Positions 11,586 to 22,992 of a DNA stretch of 64,000 bases are shown one piece after another. Both the position numbers and the translations under genes were made by a program. Each line of letters begins with the position of its first letter. Position 1 is the stretch's first letter. The notes under the pieces are model-generated. The model was not told where the DNA came from, did no database searches, and worked only from the letters and a program-made list of their open reading frames with translations. This stretch comes from Halocafeteria seosinensis (lineage: Eukaryota). The stretch is from contig LVLI01000101.1 of the NCBI GenBank assembly GCA_001687465.1, forward strand, positions 248,001 through 312,000, given 5' to 3'.

Positions 11586-12756
11586 ATGTCTGACAACAGT
11601 AGTAAAGACAGTGGAGCCCAACCGCAACAAAGCCAGCAGCAACAAAAGAATAACGATGCGACAGCAGCGAAAGGAGTCCCCAAAGTGAAGAGTCTCTCGG
11701 AGGTGCTTTCCTTGTCAGGACAAAAAGCCTTTCGGGGAGGTATTTCTGGTTTTGCTGCGATGGGAATTCAAGGTAAGTTGTTTTGAGTTTTGCGATGCTC
11801 CTTCTGCGAGAACCCTGCTCAACTCATGACATTCAAACGCCAAATTTTGTCCAGTTTCGAGTTTAATGTGGCTCCGGACGACGATGAATTACCAAGTAAG
11901 TAGATTTTGTTTGCACGGTTCTACATACATGGCCCTTGACTTTTTTGTGTGATCTCTTCGCCGCAGTACCGGCATGGGACCACAACTACCACCGCCTTGA
12001 AGACGCTTTACAAAGAGGTATGACGATTCCAACGATGCGCTGACCAATTCTTCCTTATTCAGCTGAAAGTTTTGGGAACTGCAGGGCGGTGTACGTCGTT
12101 TCTATCGTGGAATTGGACCGGCGTTAATCCAGGGGCCGTTGTCAAGGTTCGGTGACACAGCAGCAAACGCGGGCGTTTTATCTCTAATGGAGGAATACGA
12201 TGCCACAAAAGATCTTCCTGTTGCCTTTAAAACAGTAACTGCGTCTGGAGCGGCTGCTTTGTGGAGGATCTTTCTCATGCCGGTTGATACTTTCAAGACT
12301 TTCTTACAAGTCGAGGGAAAAAAAGGGATTCCAATGATTAAGGACAAGTTTAAAAAGGGCGGTCCAAGAGTATTATATCACGGGGCCATTGCCGCATCAG
12401 GAGCCACATTCGTTGGGCATTTTCCCTGGTTCTTTACCTTCAACTTCTTGAATGAAAAATTACCCCAGCCAGATGACTTCCTGCTGAACCTCTGCAGAAA
12501 TGCCTTTATGGGCTTCACTTCCTCTGTCGTCAGCGATACAAGCTCGAACTCGATTCGAGTGATTAAGACGTACAAACAGACATGTGAGACCCCAATTACA
12601 TATCCTCAAGCAGTGAAGAACGTTGTAAAAGAAGAAGGACTGCTCGCACTCTTCGGTCGTGGATTGAAGACTAGAATTCTGACCAATGGTCTGCAAGGAC
12701 TGGTATTTGCAGTCTTGTGGAAAGCGATCCAGGCTAAATTTTTTGACAGACAATAA
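11586..12756 (+). CDS. Mitochondrial carrier family protein, paralog 1
   Basis: Exons 11586-11772, 11855-11895, 11967-12017, 12085-12756; MWLRTTMNYQYR, EGGVRRFYRG, PVDTFKT, EEGLLALFGRG. Confidence 0.92.
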
Positions 12757-12799
12757 ACCCAAGTGTCTATATTTGACAAGAATAGACGTTGTTGTGCGT

Positions 12800-13876
12800 T
12801 CACAAGCTATCTGTTGACAGAAAACTATGACTACGCTGTAATTCCAACCCTCCAGGTTTGCCAGACTGGATGTCCCAAGAGAATGAATACTCATCTACAT
12901 CGTCAAGCGATACAACGGGGGATTCGGGGGTAGACGATCCCAAGAGAGTCTCTAAACTGACCTCTTCTACTGTCCGTACGCCCGGAGCGTAAGTTCTTAA
13001 ATCAAAGAAGTGTGCGGACATACTTCCTGCATGCTCTGAAGGGTCCACTTGCCTTGGCTCAGTCCTGCCACTGAGCGGGGCGTCGTCCTCGCTGTGTTCC
13101 GCGTTAGAATCATAGTCTGCTTGAGAATCTGGGAAGCTGTTCGTTTGTGGTGCGGGATCAGACCGGGGAGTTAAACATTCAGTGTCGTTATGTTCCGTTT
13201 TGCTATCTTTTGCCACCACAAACTGCCGAAAGAAGTCAATCAGTTCCTCGGTATCCGAAGGATATCTGTTGTACTGCCGCTTGAACCTTCTTAGAGAGCT
13301 ATAAAACGCATTTTTCACAAGCAAGGATGTTCTGAAGCAAGGCTTTTACAATTTAAATTCAGTGTCCGGTTTTGCAATATCTTCTTTTCGCTTACCTTCC
13401 AGGCATGTGCGCAGCAATTTTGCTCCATTTATTGCCGTACTTCTTCTGATACTTGAGTACTTGAAGTATTTCGCTCTTCGTTACACGTTTACGATCCACA
13501 TGGGGATCCAATATGTGCACGTATCTGTATGCAAGTCAAAGTTACTTCTCACTTGGAACTGCACATCGACCACCAGGTATTGAAGATGACTCACCGCTCC
13601 CGCAGCTGAAGTGACGTCCGGTGGGGCAACAGATTCTTCATTCTACTCCAGTGGACTTCCGAAGCTGGAGGAAGCTTCCCATCGTGTTTGGCACGGATGC
13701 TCGCTTGCAGAGTCCAATCCTCCTGAAGCGATACATAAAGTGGGTAGCAAAAAGATAGAACATTCATTCTTCCCCCACACCGTTTTTTTCAGTTTTCTCT
13801 CTCTTCAACATACCTGAGCTGTCCATTTCCGCTTGCGTGTAGAGGACAAAGCCTTTACACGATCTCGTTCTGCCAT
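12800..13876 (-). CDS. R2R3-type Myb transcription factor, paralog 1
   Basis: Spliced: MAERD...RKWTAQ|EDWTLQASI...VHWSRMKNLLPHRTSLQLRER|YVHILDPHVDRKRVTKSEILQVLKYQKKYGNKWSKIAAHMPGR|TSLLVKNAFYSSLRR. Confidence 0.88.
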
Positions 13877-15134
13877 ATCGTAGCTTATCTCTAGAGGTAG
13901 AGTTTAAGGCCAGCACGACAAAAAAGGAATATTCGAATTCGCACCGGTAGCGACGCCCACGCTCGGCCCAGCTGGGGTTCCGAACCGAAAATCTTCACGA
14001 TCTTTGCCTCTTATTTCAAGGGACTTTCTCGCCTTACGCGTACAATTTATCACTAAACGTACCCAGGAAAGTAATATGGAGGCCAGCAAACGTACGTAAC
14101 TCAGCAATACACTTGTACTCGTACTGTGTAGCTTGGAGGTCCGGACTCCGGAGCGAAGACGCGGCTTCAACCTATTCCAGCTGTTCAGACTTTGCGCCAA
14201 ATCACGTCTTTTACACGAGCAGTGCAAAGGACCACTGTCGGTTTCGGATGCATTGTTGGAAATTAGTGGGACAATGCTTGGTAGGACACACTGTCATGCC
14301 AATACCAAGACAGCCAAGCGCTGCGAGTTGTCAACCATGCGACCTCCGGCACAACGTCGCCACTGTCACCGTGTATGCACTGGGCCGTTTCTTATGGTTA
14401 TGTCGACAATGAAAAATCCCTACTGTGTCTCTTATCGCCAAGCACTATTCAGTCCATCTTGGCAAATTTTCCCGCACGAACATTACATATCTCGATAACT
14501 CCATAGCTAGGAAACGCTAACGTGCAAACAGGAAGCACCTACGCAACAAGGACACAAACTGTGCAAACTCTCCGTTCAAACGAGAGCGCAGAATTTCCTC
14601 ATTCAGCGCTTTTAAATCTCCATGGATAAAGTGACCTCGAACTCTGAGACTGGCATGTACCAACAAGACAGTGCTTTTGTAGCACGGTGACCTGCACTTA
14701 TCCACCACACATAGAACATACCGACTACAACCTACATAATATACATAACGTCACCGACTTAAATGCAGGCGTTCAGGACACCATACAACATGAATCGTAT
14801 GGAATTCGGGTGTTGGCGTGTATGGTGCTTTATGAAGCTGCTACTGATGCGGCGACGATTACCATAGGAGTCCGGAATCACTTCCAAATTAGAAAGTGCA
14901 TTTTATCCTGGGTTGCATTCTCCCAACGGATCTTATCATCTGCTAGCTCATCAGGTCTTGAATTACCTACCGGCTTTCGTTTTGGGCCAACCTGAAACTC
15001 TCTGAATCTCATGTCACTCACTGAATGATAGGTGTATTGTACACTGTACCATGGGACGTTTACGCCTGCTACGGGCCCGTCGCTGCTTACCATGGGCGCG
15101 TACAGCTCCTTTAGAGGTTGTGGTCGTCTTTTTT

Positions 15135-15985
15135 GCCGGTGGGCTATACACATGTGTGAGTTTTCCGAGTTCAGTCAAGGAATACATGAAGGGTCAACGC
15201 GAGGCAACAGATAAATAGGGGCTTCAGAGCATACCTTTATGACTACCTAAACAGTGTTTCCGAATTCGTGAGCAAATTACCAACGCTAACCGCACTGGAT
15301 GAACTTCGAGTTTCGAAGAGTATGCAGCGTCATCTCCGCTCATTTGAATTCTAGGCTAAATCCTTTTGCACATGGTGTTTTTGAATACTTGAGTGAAGAA
15401 CCTGTTCGCCGAGCGAATTTACAAGTAGATTCTTTTTTAGCGAAATAGCAAATTGCAACGTCTGTATCATCATACTGTAGTGTTTGCCTTCTTGATAGTC
15501 AGTATATCTATCCCACTGCCGGGAAGACCGCTCAGTCACTCATGGCATCTGTAAATATGCTGGTTCTTGTTCCCAAACGTGTCGTGTCGTCAAACAAGGC
15601 CTTACGGCAACAAATCAAGGAAGTCGTGGAAACTCTCACTACCTCGGAAGATTCCGGAGCTGAAGCAGCAGTTCTATCCTCGTCGTCGTTGGTTATCCAC
15701 TTTCCGCTGAGTTAAGAGGATGCGGTCAACTTCCCGGCCGGTGGGCTATCTGTCACATTTGTGTGTGTGTCTTCAAATTCCAGTTCGAGTTTATAGAGGT
15801 ACTTGAAAAGCCTACACGTTATATTCTTAAGATCGACACAGCCTGATTGCCGATGTTATCAGTGCTAGCAGGTGGTTGTAATTCAGATATTCATTGCTTC
15901 CAGGAGACTTGGGCCGGTGGGCTATCTGTCAAATTGCTACCTAAGTGTAGCGGCTAACATCCAGCTGCCGGTGGGCCATCAGTCA
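15135..15985 (+). repeat. Dispersed motif GCCGGTGGGC(T/C)AT(C(T/A)GTCA), 4 direct copies
   Basis: Copies at 15135-15147 (13-nt core), 15737-15755, 15913-15931 and 15967-15985; a related inverted copy lies at 20250-20270. Confidence 0.8.
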
Positions 15986-16492
15986 CATCTTCGTCGTCGT
16001 CGTCGTCAAATTTGTGTGTGTGACTTGGTTTCCAGCACTCCGCAACACCTTCAGATGCTGCAAACAAAATGTGCGAACAAAAAATTACTGTGCATTGTAA
16101 CTGTACCATTTTACTCACAAATGCGTTTTACCTTTTACTACCCCAATTAAGGAAAGGCTACTAACTTACTATCTTCTCCAGAGGAAACATGTTGAAGTGT
16201 GCCACTTAGTGTGGTCAACGTCCAAATCTTGCGTTGTGTCAGAGAGGACAGTAAACAGGGGATTGTATGATGAACTGGCACCATTATCTAGTAAATTAGT
16301 CTCTTTGATTGCATTTAGTATAGCCTCAACAGAGGACTCATTTTCATTCTACTTGAGGAATTATAGTTTTTTCCGTGTTCCCACTGAAGACTGTTCCCGG
16401 AGAACCCTTTCTGGGAAGTTTGTAGCAGGTTTACCAAGCCATTCAGCTTTTGCTTTAGTACAATCTAGATATCCCAATAGTTATTAGGTAGT

Positions 16493-17684
16493 ATGAGTGG
16501 GGAAGGAGGTAATCATGGAGGTGCTGCCCCTACTGCGGCTGCACCCAATGCCCCCGCCAAGGAGCCTACGAGTGGGACAGCCGCCAAAGGCGTGCCCAAG
16601 GTGCGCAGTATCAAGGAAGTGTTTACAATAGCTGGTGAGAAAGCGTTCCGTGGAGGTGTGCCCGGCTTTCTAGCCATGGGAATACAAGGTAAGAGTGCTG
16701 AAGTCTGCTACTGCATGGCAAGGATGAAAGGTCGCATATTTCGTCTTTACAGTATCAAGCCTCATGTGGCTTCGTACGACGATGAATTATCAGGTAAGAA
16801 TGTATACAATCTTAATAGGAATACTAGCATTGTCTGTCATTATCGCATTATTTGACGATGAAATACTTCGAACTCACGCTCCCGTCTTCTACTGACCCCA
16901 GTACCGCCATGGCACGACAACCACTGCTGCATTGAAAACTCTTTATAAGGAAGTATGTACAGAATCCTGGGAGTGAAATGAATATCAATTGGAACACTGA
17001 GGCGCCTCTTTGCAGGGTGGAGTACGCAGATTCTATCGTGGGATTGCTCCAGCTTTGTTCCAAGGCCCACTCTCAAGATTTGGCGATACCGCTGCAAACG
17101 CGGGAGTGCTATCCCTTCTTGACGAATATGAGACAACCCAGAATCTACCCGTTGCAGTGAAAACGGTCGCAGCTTCTCTGACTGCAGCCTTGTGGAGAAT
17201 TAACCTAATGCCTATCGACACACTCAAAACGTTTCTGCAAGTGGAGGGGGCCAAAGGAATACCAATGATTGGACAAAAAGTCAAGTCAGGAGGGCCGCGA
17301 GTCCTGTATCACGGGGCGATCGCTGCATCAAGTGCAACATTTGTAGGTCACTTTCCTTGGTTTTTTACTTTCAATTTTTTGAACGAAAAATTGCCGAAGC
17401 CTGACGATTTCGTGCTGAACCTGTGTCGCAACGCGTTCATGGGCTTTACGTCGTCTGTTGTCAGCGACACTTCGTCTAATTCCATTAGAGTTATCAAAAC
17501 CTACAAACAGACCTGCGAGAATCCCATTACTTATCCACAGGCAGTGAAAAACGTGATTCAAGAGGAAGGGGTTCTCGCTTTATTCGGTAGAGGTCTCCGA
17601 ACGCGCATTCTCGCCAATGGCCTTCAGGGACTGGTGTTTGCTGTCCTTTGGAAGGCAATTCAAACCAAACTGTTTGATAAGTAA
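16493..17684 (+). CDS. Mitochondrial carrier family protein, paralog 2
   Basis: Exons 16493-16688, 16753-16793, 16902-16952, 17016-17684; same intron positions and internal exon lengths (41 and 51 nt) as paralog 1; protein highly similar. Confidence 0.92.
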
Positions 17685-18418
17685 AGCTCGTTCGATCCGA
17701 TACGCTCCATTGCATTCATTCCCGAAGGTCCACGATGCGATACCGACGTGGCAATTCCAATGTCTGTAGTCATAACCGAAGTCATACCGAAGAAAAAAGC
17801 ACCAAACAATTGCCTGGGAAGTGCACTTATGTACTACCGAGAAGTCCACACTTTAGCTCGAATAGTATGCTTGGTAGAACATCCCCTAGTTGCCATTCCC
17901 AAAGGATTGAAAATTGGACTCCAGCCGTTTTTCTGATCCCGCACTTGCGACCGGGCCGAAGAAAAATGGTTCTGTAGCGACTGGCAGCAAGTCCTTACGT
18001 AATACATTTCCCGTTACCGACGTACTTGATAGTCCAACGAATATGCCGGTATGATCTTGGCCAGACGGTAGCGCAGTATGGTGGCTGAATAGTGGTGGAC
18101 TTGCCGTGTATAACGTCATCCTTTGAGGTAAGTTGAGGTCCAGGCTCCGAACCTCTTTGGACAACGTCGCTCACTAAGACAAGAGACTAATTTGGTTTTT
18201 GCGGTAAAAGCGACTGGGGATCGATTATGAAGGGGATATCGCATGAGTATACTACGGGGGGTATAGTCCAGAAACTCGGGCTGACACACTGTAAATGGGG
18301 GTGGAATATTCCGGTGCCGAGCTTTTCGACACTAACCATTGGTTTATTCTAAGACGCTAACATCACCCCATTTGCTACTTCAGGTAGGTTGGCAGCCTGC
18401 AGTATTTCTGTGGCCTCC

Positions 18419-19706
18419 ATGATGGATATAATGAGTGCTGCTGAGAGTAGGCCTATTTCCTGCCCGCCCAAGTCTCGGAGGAAGACAACAGCTAAGCACA
18501 ACGGCACATCTTCGAACCATGGGAGGCATGTAAAAACACGATGGACAGAGGAGGTGTGTTAATACTTACTACTGCAATCCCCCACCGATTAAAATACATA
18601 ATACGTGCCCCATTGAAACAGGAGGACAAACTACTGCTGAGAACCATTCGTACGCTCTACGAAGAAAGACTACCTGCAGCAGATGCCATTGATTGGAAGT
18701 TAGTCAAGAGCAAAATGTCTAATAGAACAAGGCCGCAGCTTAGGGAAAGGTAAGAAGAGTCATTGCTGGCAAGTCAGATTGGAACCAGTATACATATACC
18801 ACCTTTGCGCTACAAGCTGAACAGGTATGTGCACGTCCTTAACCCAGAGGTAGACCGCTCACGCATTACAAATGAGCAAATGCGTAGACTCTTGAATGCA
18901 CAACTTCGTCACGGAAATCGATGGAAGGTTATCTCTCGCGAGTTTCCTGGAAGGTACATATATCTGCTTGCCTTTGTTCTGTGGGTGTAGATCGTCGCCT
19001 ACATATCCTGCCCATTTACAGAACAACGCTATTTCTGAAGAACGCATATTTTTCAGTCGTTCGAAGATTCAAGCGCCGATACATTCATGATCCCCAAGGA
19101 TCAGATTTGGTGAAATTCTTTGAAGAAGAGCTCGGTGGCAGTCTTGCAAGATCGGCACCTCGATCTCGTACATTCCCCAGTAATATCGAAAGCTCGGTGC
19201 AAGAGGAGGAAACCGGTGTCACAGAAAAAGGAGAAAACCGCTTCACTTTGATGAGAATGACTCATCATTTATCTTCTTCAAAGAGTGGCCTAGGTGATAC
19301 AGTTCCTGCAGGTGCATACTTGGATCCTGAATGGTCCAGAGGAGACTCGGAGGGTCCGATGCTTCCAGAACTGACTGAAGACGACGTACTAGAAACATGC
19401 TCTCAATCCTCAGCACAAAGTGCACCGGATCAGCTCTTATTTCATGCACTCCCACATCCCCTCATTGAGCACGATATATCTGAATATGAGGGAGCCGATG
19501 CGCAGCAAAGGGGATTCCTGCCTCCATGGGACGACGAACTCGACCGTCCTCCAATGGTGCACCCACACCGATTCCATCAATCTGATGGACACTATGAATA
19601 TCACGATACTACACAAGACACCGGAGATGAGTGTGATTGGTTCCATCACTCTTTGACGTTCCCCTCGACGGAAATTGTGACAACGTTCAAGGGCTTCTCT
19701 CGGTAA
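18419..19706 (+). CDS. R2R3-type Myb transcription factor, paralog 2
   Basis: Spliced: ...KTRWTEE|EDKLLLRTI...IDWKLVKSKMSNRTRPQLRER|YVHVLNPEVDRSRITNEQMRRLLNAQLRHGNRWKVISREFPGR|TTLFLKNAYFSVVRR; same three intron positions as paralog 1. The start ATG is uncertain (18419/18422/18431). Confidence 0.88.
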
Positions 19707-20441
19707 CCGCTCAGTCAGTACGAAGTTCCAAACTCCTAGTCTCGGTGGATGGGCATCTGCTGTATCAGTCAATGTAGCGACCAGAAAAAAAATAACATAA
19801 ATATGTAACTGAGCATCTTGAAAGAAAAGCTTGACTGAAGACTAAGTAGAGAGTGGTCTCCGGTAAGCGTAATGCCGGTGTCGTATTTAAGAGTCATACT
19901 ATTAAGGGTCATCCAAGATACAATACACAGTAACTTTATACAGGGTAAGGTTTTTTCATTTGCATCCAGCTCAATGACGTCACTGCTACCGTAAGCATGT
20001 GTGTGTAGTTCGCTGTGGCAGTGTTGCAGTGCACTGTGTACACTGTACTTCCAGGTGTCCGTTGCTACGCGACTCGGCGGCTGACTCTTAGATAATGCAC
20101 CCGCTGTACTTAATTTGGACGCATACCAGCCCAGCAAACTACCACATCGATAGAACCTAATTATAAGGGGCAGAGCCGGAGCAAATGGCTGACCAAGTTG
20201 ACTCCAGGGTCCCCGAACGCACTGCACTTCCTAGCAGACACATACTGTATGTGACAGCTAGCCCACCCGCCGCAGCAGGTCACCCTCGTGAAGATGATGT
20301 GAACCACAGTGTTTAACCTCTCTACATTCAGCCTGAGTCCAGTTCAAGTTCGGATAGGTGTTTCAATAAGTTTTATCGGATACAAAATATGTTCTAATCT
20401 TGCTAAGGCTAACTTGATGGCCGAGTGGCTCTGGCGTAGAA

Positions 20442-22253
20442 TTGGATGCGATGTTGCTCATCTCAAAAGTTCAAGCCTCCTTGATTGGTCTCACGCTTCT
20501 CTGCTTGTACATTTTCTTGGTAATTGCTGCGTCGGATCTGATCTTAAAAGATAAATCCTATCTTCGCTATGTCGACAGTAGTTTCACTGCTTCCGTTGAT
20601 TTGACATTGTGCATCTATATGCTTTGGGACGTGAGAAGTTCGCGGGATCTCAAGATCGTGTTCCCAAGGAAAACTATTCTCATCTACTTGACGCTCTTCT
20701 ACCTTCTCCAGAATTGTTGCTGGATTTCTATATATATCGAACAGATAATCACTGGCAGAAAAGATTTCTGCTTCTTCATGATAGAAGAAGTAGTAAACAT
20801 TGCTTGGGCTTACGCGTTGGTGATCTATGTCCTCGCAAAGAAACATCCACAAAAGGAGCTCACGAAGAATCACCACCGTGTGCTGCTTCTAATCTCATGG
20901 ATTTGGTTGACGGGAAAACTCATACGCTTTTCTTTGTATCCGTTCGTCCAAAGAGAAGCCTTTGGAACAGTTTACAAGACACTCGCTACGAGCGTTTCGT
21001 TTGATGTTCTTGTTCTTCACTCAATGTCCGCTTCATTTCTGCTATTTATGGCCGTTGACCTGTGCTCCGCTTTTATTGGCATACAGTGGAACGATTCCAA
21101 AGACATAACGACTAGTCAAGAAGAGCAGTGTATCGGTTCCACTGACAGGGAGCCAGCTTGTACCTTAGGGCACTTAGGGTCCGCGGAAAGCAATTGGAAA
21201 CCTGACAATGAGCTTACAGATAAGCTACTGAACGCTGAGAATGAACCAAAAAAAATCGATGAGGATGTTGGATCTAAACATACGCAGAAAGCCCTTGAAG
21301 TATCGATAGAGGATCGGAAGTTTCACGAAGCATCTGGAACCGCACTCGAGACGAAGCAACAGTCCAGTGGAACGGCACCACCAAATTACCACCACGAACA
21401 ATCTGTATTCGACGTTGTTCAGGCCGTCGATAGGGCTCTCACCGAGGCGGCGACCATTGGAGATGTCCAAACCGGATTAGCATTGAGTATTTTGACAGTT
21501 GGGGCCACTTTGGTGTTCTTCTTGTATCTGCACTCTGGCGACAGAGACTTGCACGCAATTAACATCGTGTTCGCTGGGAGCAATATGCTCGGTTATGTTA
21601 TTGAAGATCTAAGAGAAAGATTCTTTGAGGACAAAACCAGCAATGTCCAACTAGAGTGAGTAACATGCCGCTTGTACAGCTTAAACATCTCAAACAAAAC
21701 GATACTTGGGACTCCATGAATGCAGTGGTGAGGAAGTATCGGAGCTTTGCAAGGGGAGCTGCTGGGATACCGTCAGGGAAAGCTGGATGGAGAAGCCATT
21801 GAGAATGTCCATCTTGCTTATAACTGGACTAACCAATACGATTCTCAATTGCTTCGTACTCAAAGTGTACCCAGCGGGAGTCGATAAGAGTGCGCTGATT
21901 TTGTCCATGGTGTCTACTGGCGTTACTTTCAGCTACTTACTGTTTAAGAGGAGAATACATTCTCGAACGTCGTGCATAGTATTTGCGGTCATATCGTTTG
22001 CCTGGTGGATTTTCGACTGTGAGTGGAAGCAACTTCGATTCATGCGCTGGCAACCATACCACTGCTGATGGTCTGTGTGCACGCAGGCGGGATGGAAGCT
22101 TCTGTCTCAAACGACAGTAGTCAATCGGCGCTCGGCATGAAAGCAGCGCTTCCGCTTGGGATTTCCTTTCGCTTCAGTGCGAGTTTAACTTTCTTGTATC
22201 TATACGAACCGTTGAATAACCCCGCCCGAACGCTTGAGCCTCAAGTGGTGTAG
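20442..22253 (+). CDS. Uncharacterised polytopic membrane protein, spliced
   Basis: 405-aa ORF with many hydrophobic segments. In-frame GT-AG introns (~21656-21725 and ~22019-22086) join further TM-rich exons. Start (probably an ATG near 20445-20451) and 3' end are uncertain. Confidence 0.6.
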
Positions 22254-22992
22254 GCCCCACACTTTCTTCTGTCGGACGATTCGATCCTTGACAGAAGTCT
22301 GCTAATCTTTCAGTATTTCTGCCAAACTTTCTCAGGCACGTCTGGGCCTGAGTTCAAAGTAACGTGTAATGTTTTGATTTTGCAAACCACGGGTAGATCA
22401 ATAGGGCAACCTCCAATGTCAGTTCCGCGGGCGAGTTCCAGCCCTCGTTCGGAACATCCCAACTGGAGACTGGACGCATAGTATTGTCTCACTGAGCTAG
22501 CGAACCCCACCTGCGCGGTGCGCCCCAGCGTGAAAATGGAGGTATGCAGCTCATTCCCACGTACAACGAAATCAACTTGCCACCAGCGGTGACAGCGAAC
22601 CATTAGTTACTGAAAAATGTCACAACTTATTGATTCCGAATTCGTAATCATGTGTATGCGCCATAGAATTTTCAAACTCAATTGTGCCAGCAGAGCCAGC
22701 TGCTGAAGCAGGTCTCCGTCGGACTTCCAGACTAATAAGGGAAACTCTACTACGCCCACGTTATCATAGAAGTCACTTAACTTGCATTCATTTGTCAAGT
22801 GGCCAGTGGTAAGCTCTAAACGAGGCACCCGGACAGCCGCGTAATATTCCGTGTGCCTCTTCGTGCTGTGACTCAGCCTGTGAGAGTCTCGATTAGGATA
22901 TCCGCTTTAACGGAGATTGATTTATCAATCCTGTATACACATGTCTCGTAATTGTGGCCCGTTGCATATTCCAGTCGCCATAGTGTGTCACC

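Noticed and set aside
13904..15600. Short ORFs in the spacer between Myb1 and carrier 2
   Set aside because: No recognisable domain and no consistent spliced model; could be decayed sequence but cannot be called.
15737..15985. Repeat-spacer-like arrangement resembling a CRISPR array
   Set aside because: Spacing is irregular (176 and 54 nt), the context is eukaryotic, and there are no cas genes.
22400..22545. In-frame TGA in an exon-like stretch (selenocysteine or recoding?)
   Set aside because: The exon itself is unsupported, no SECIS was recognised, and TGA, TAA and TAG all serve as normal stops in confident genes here.
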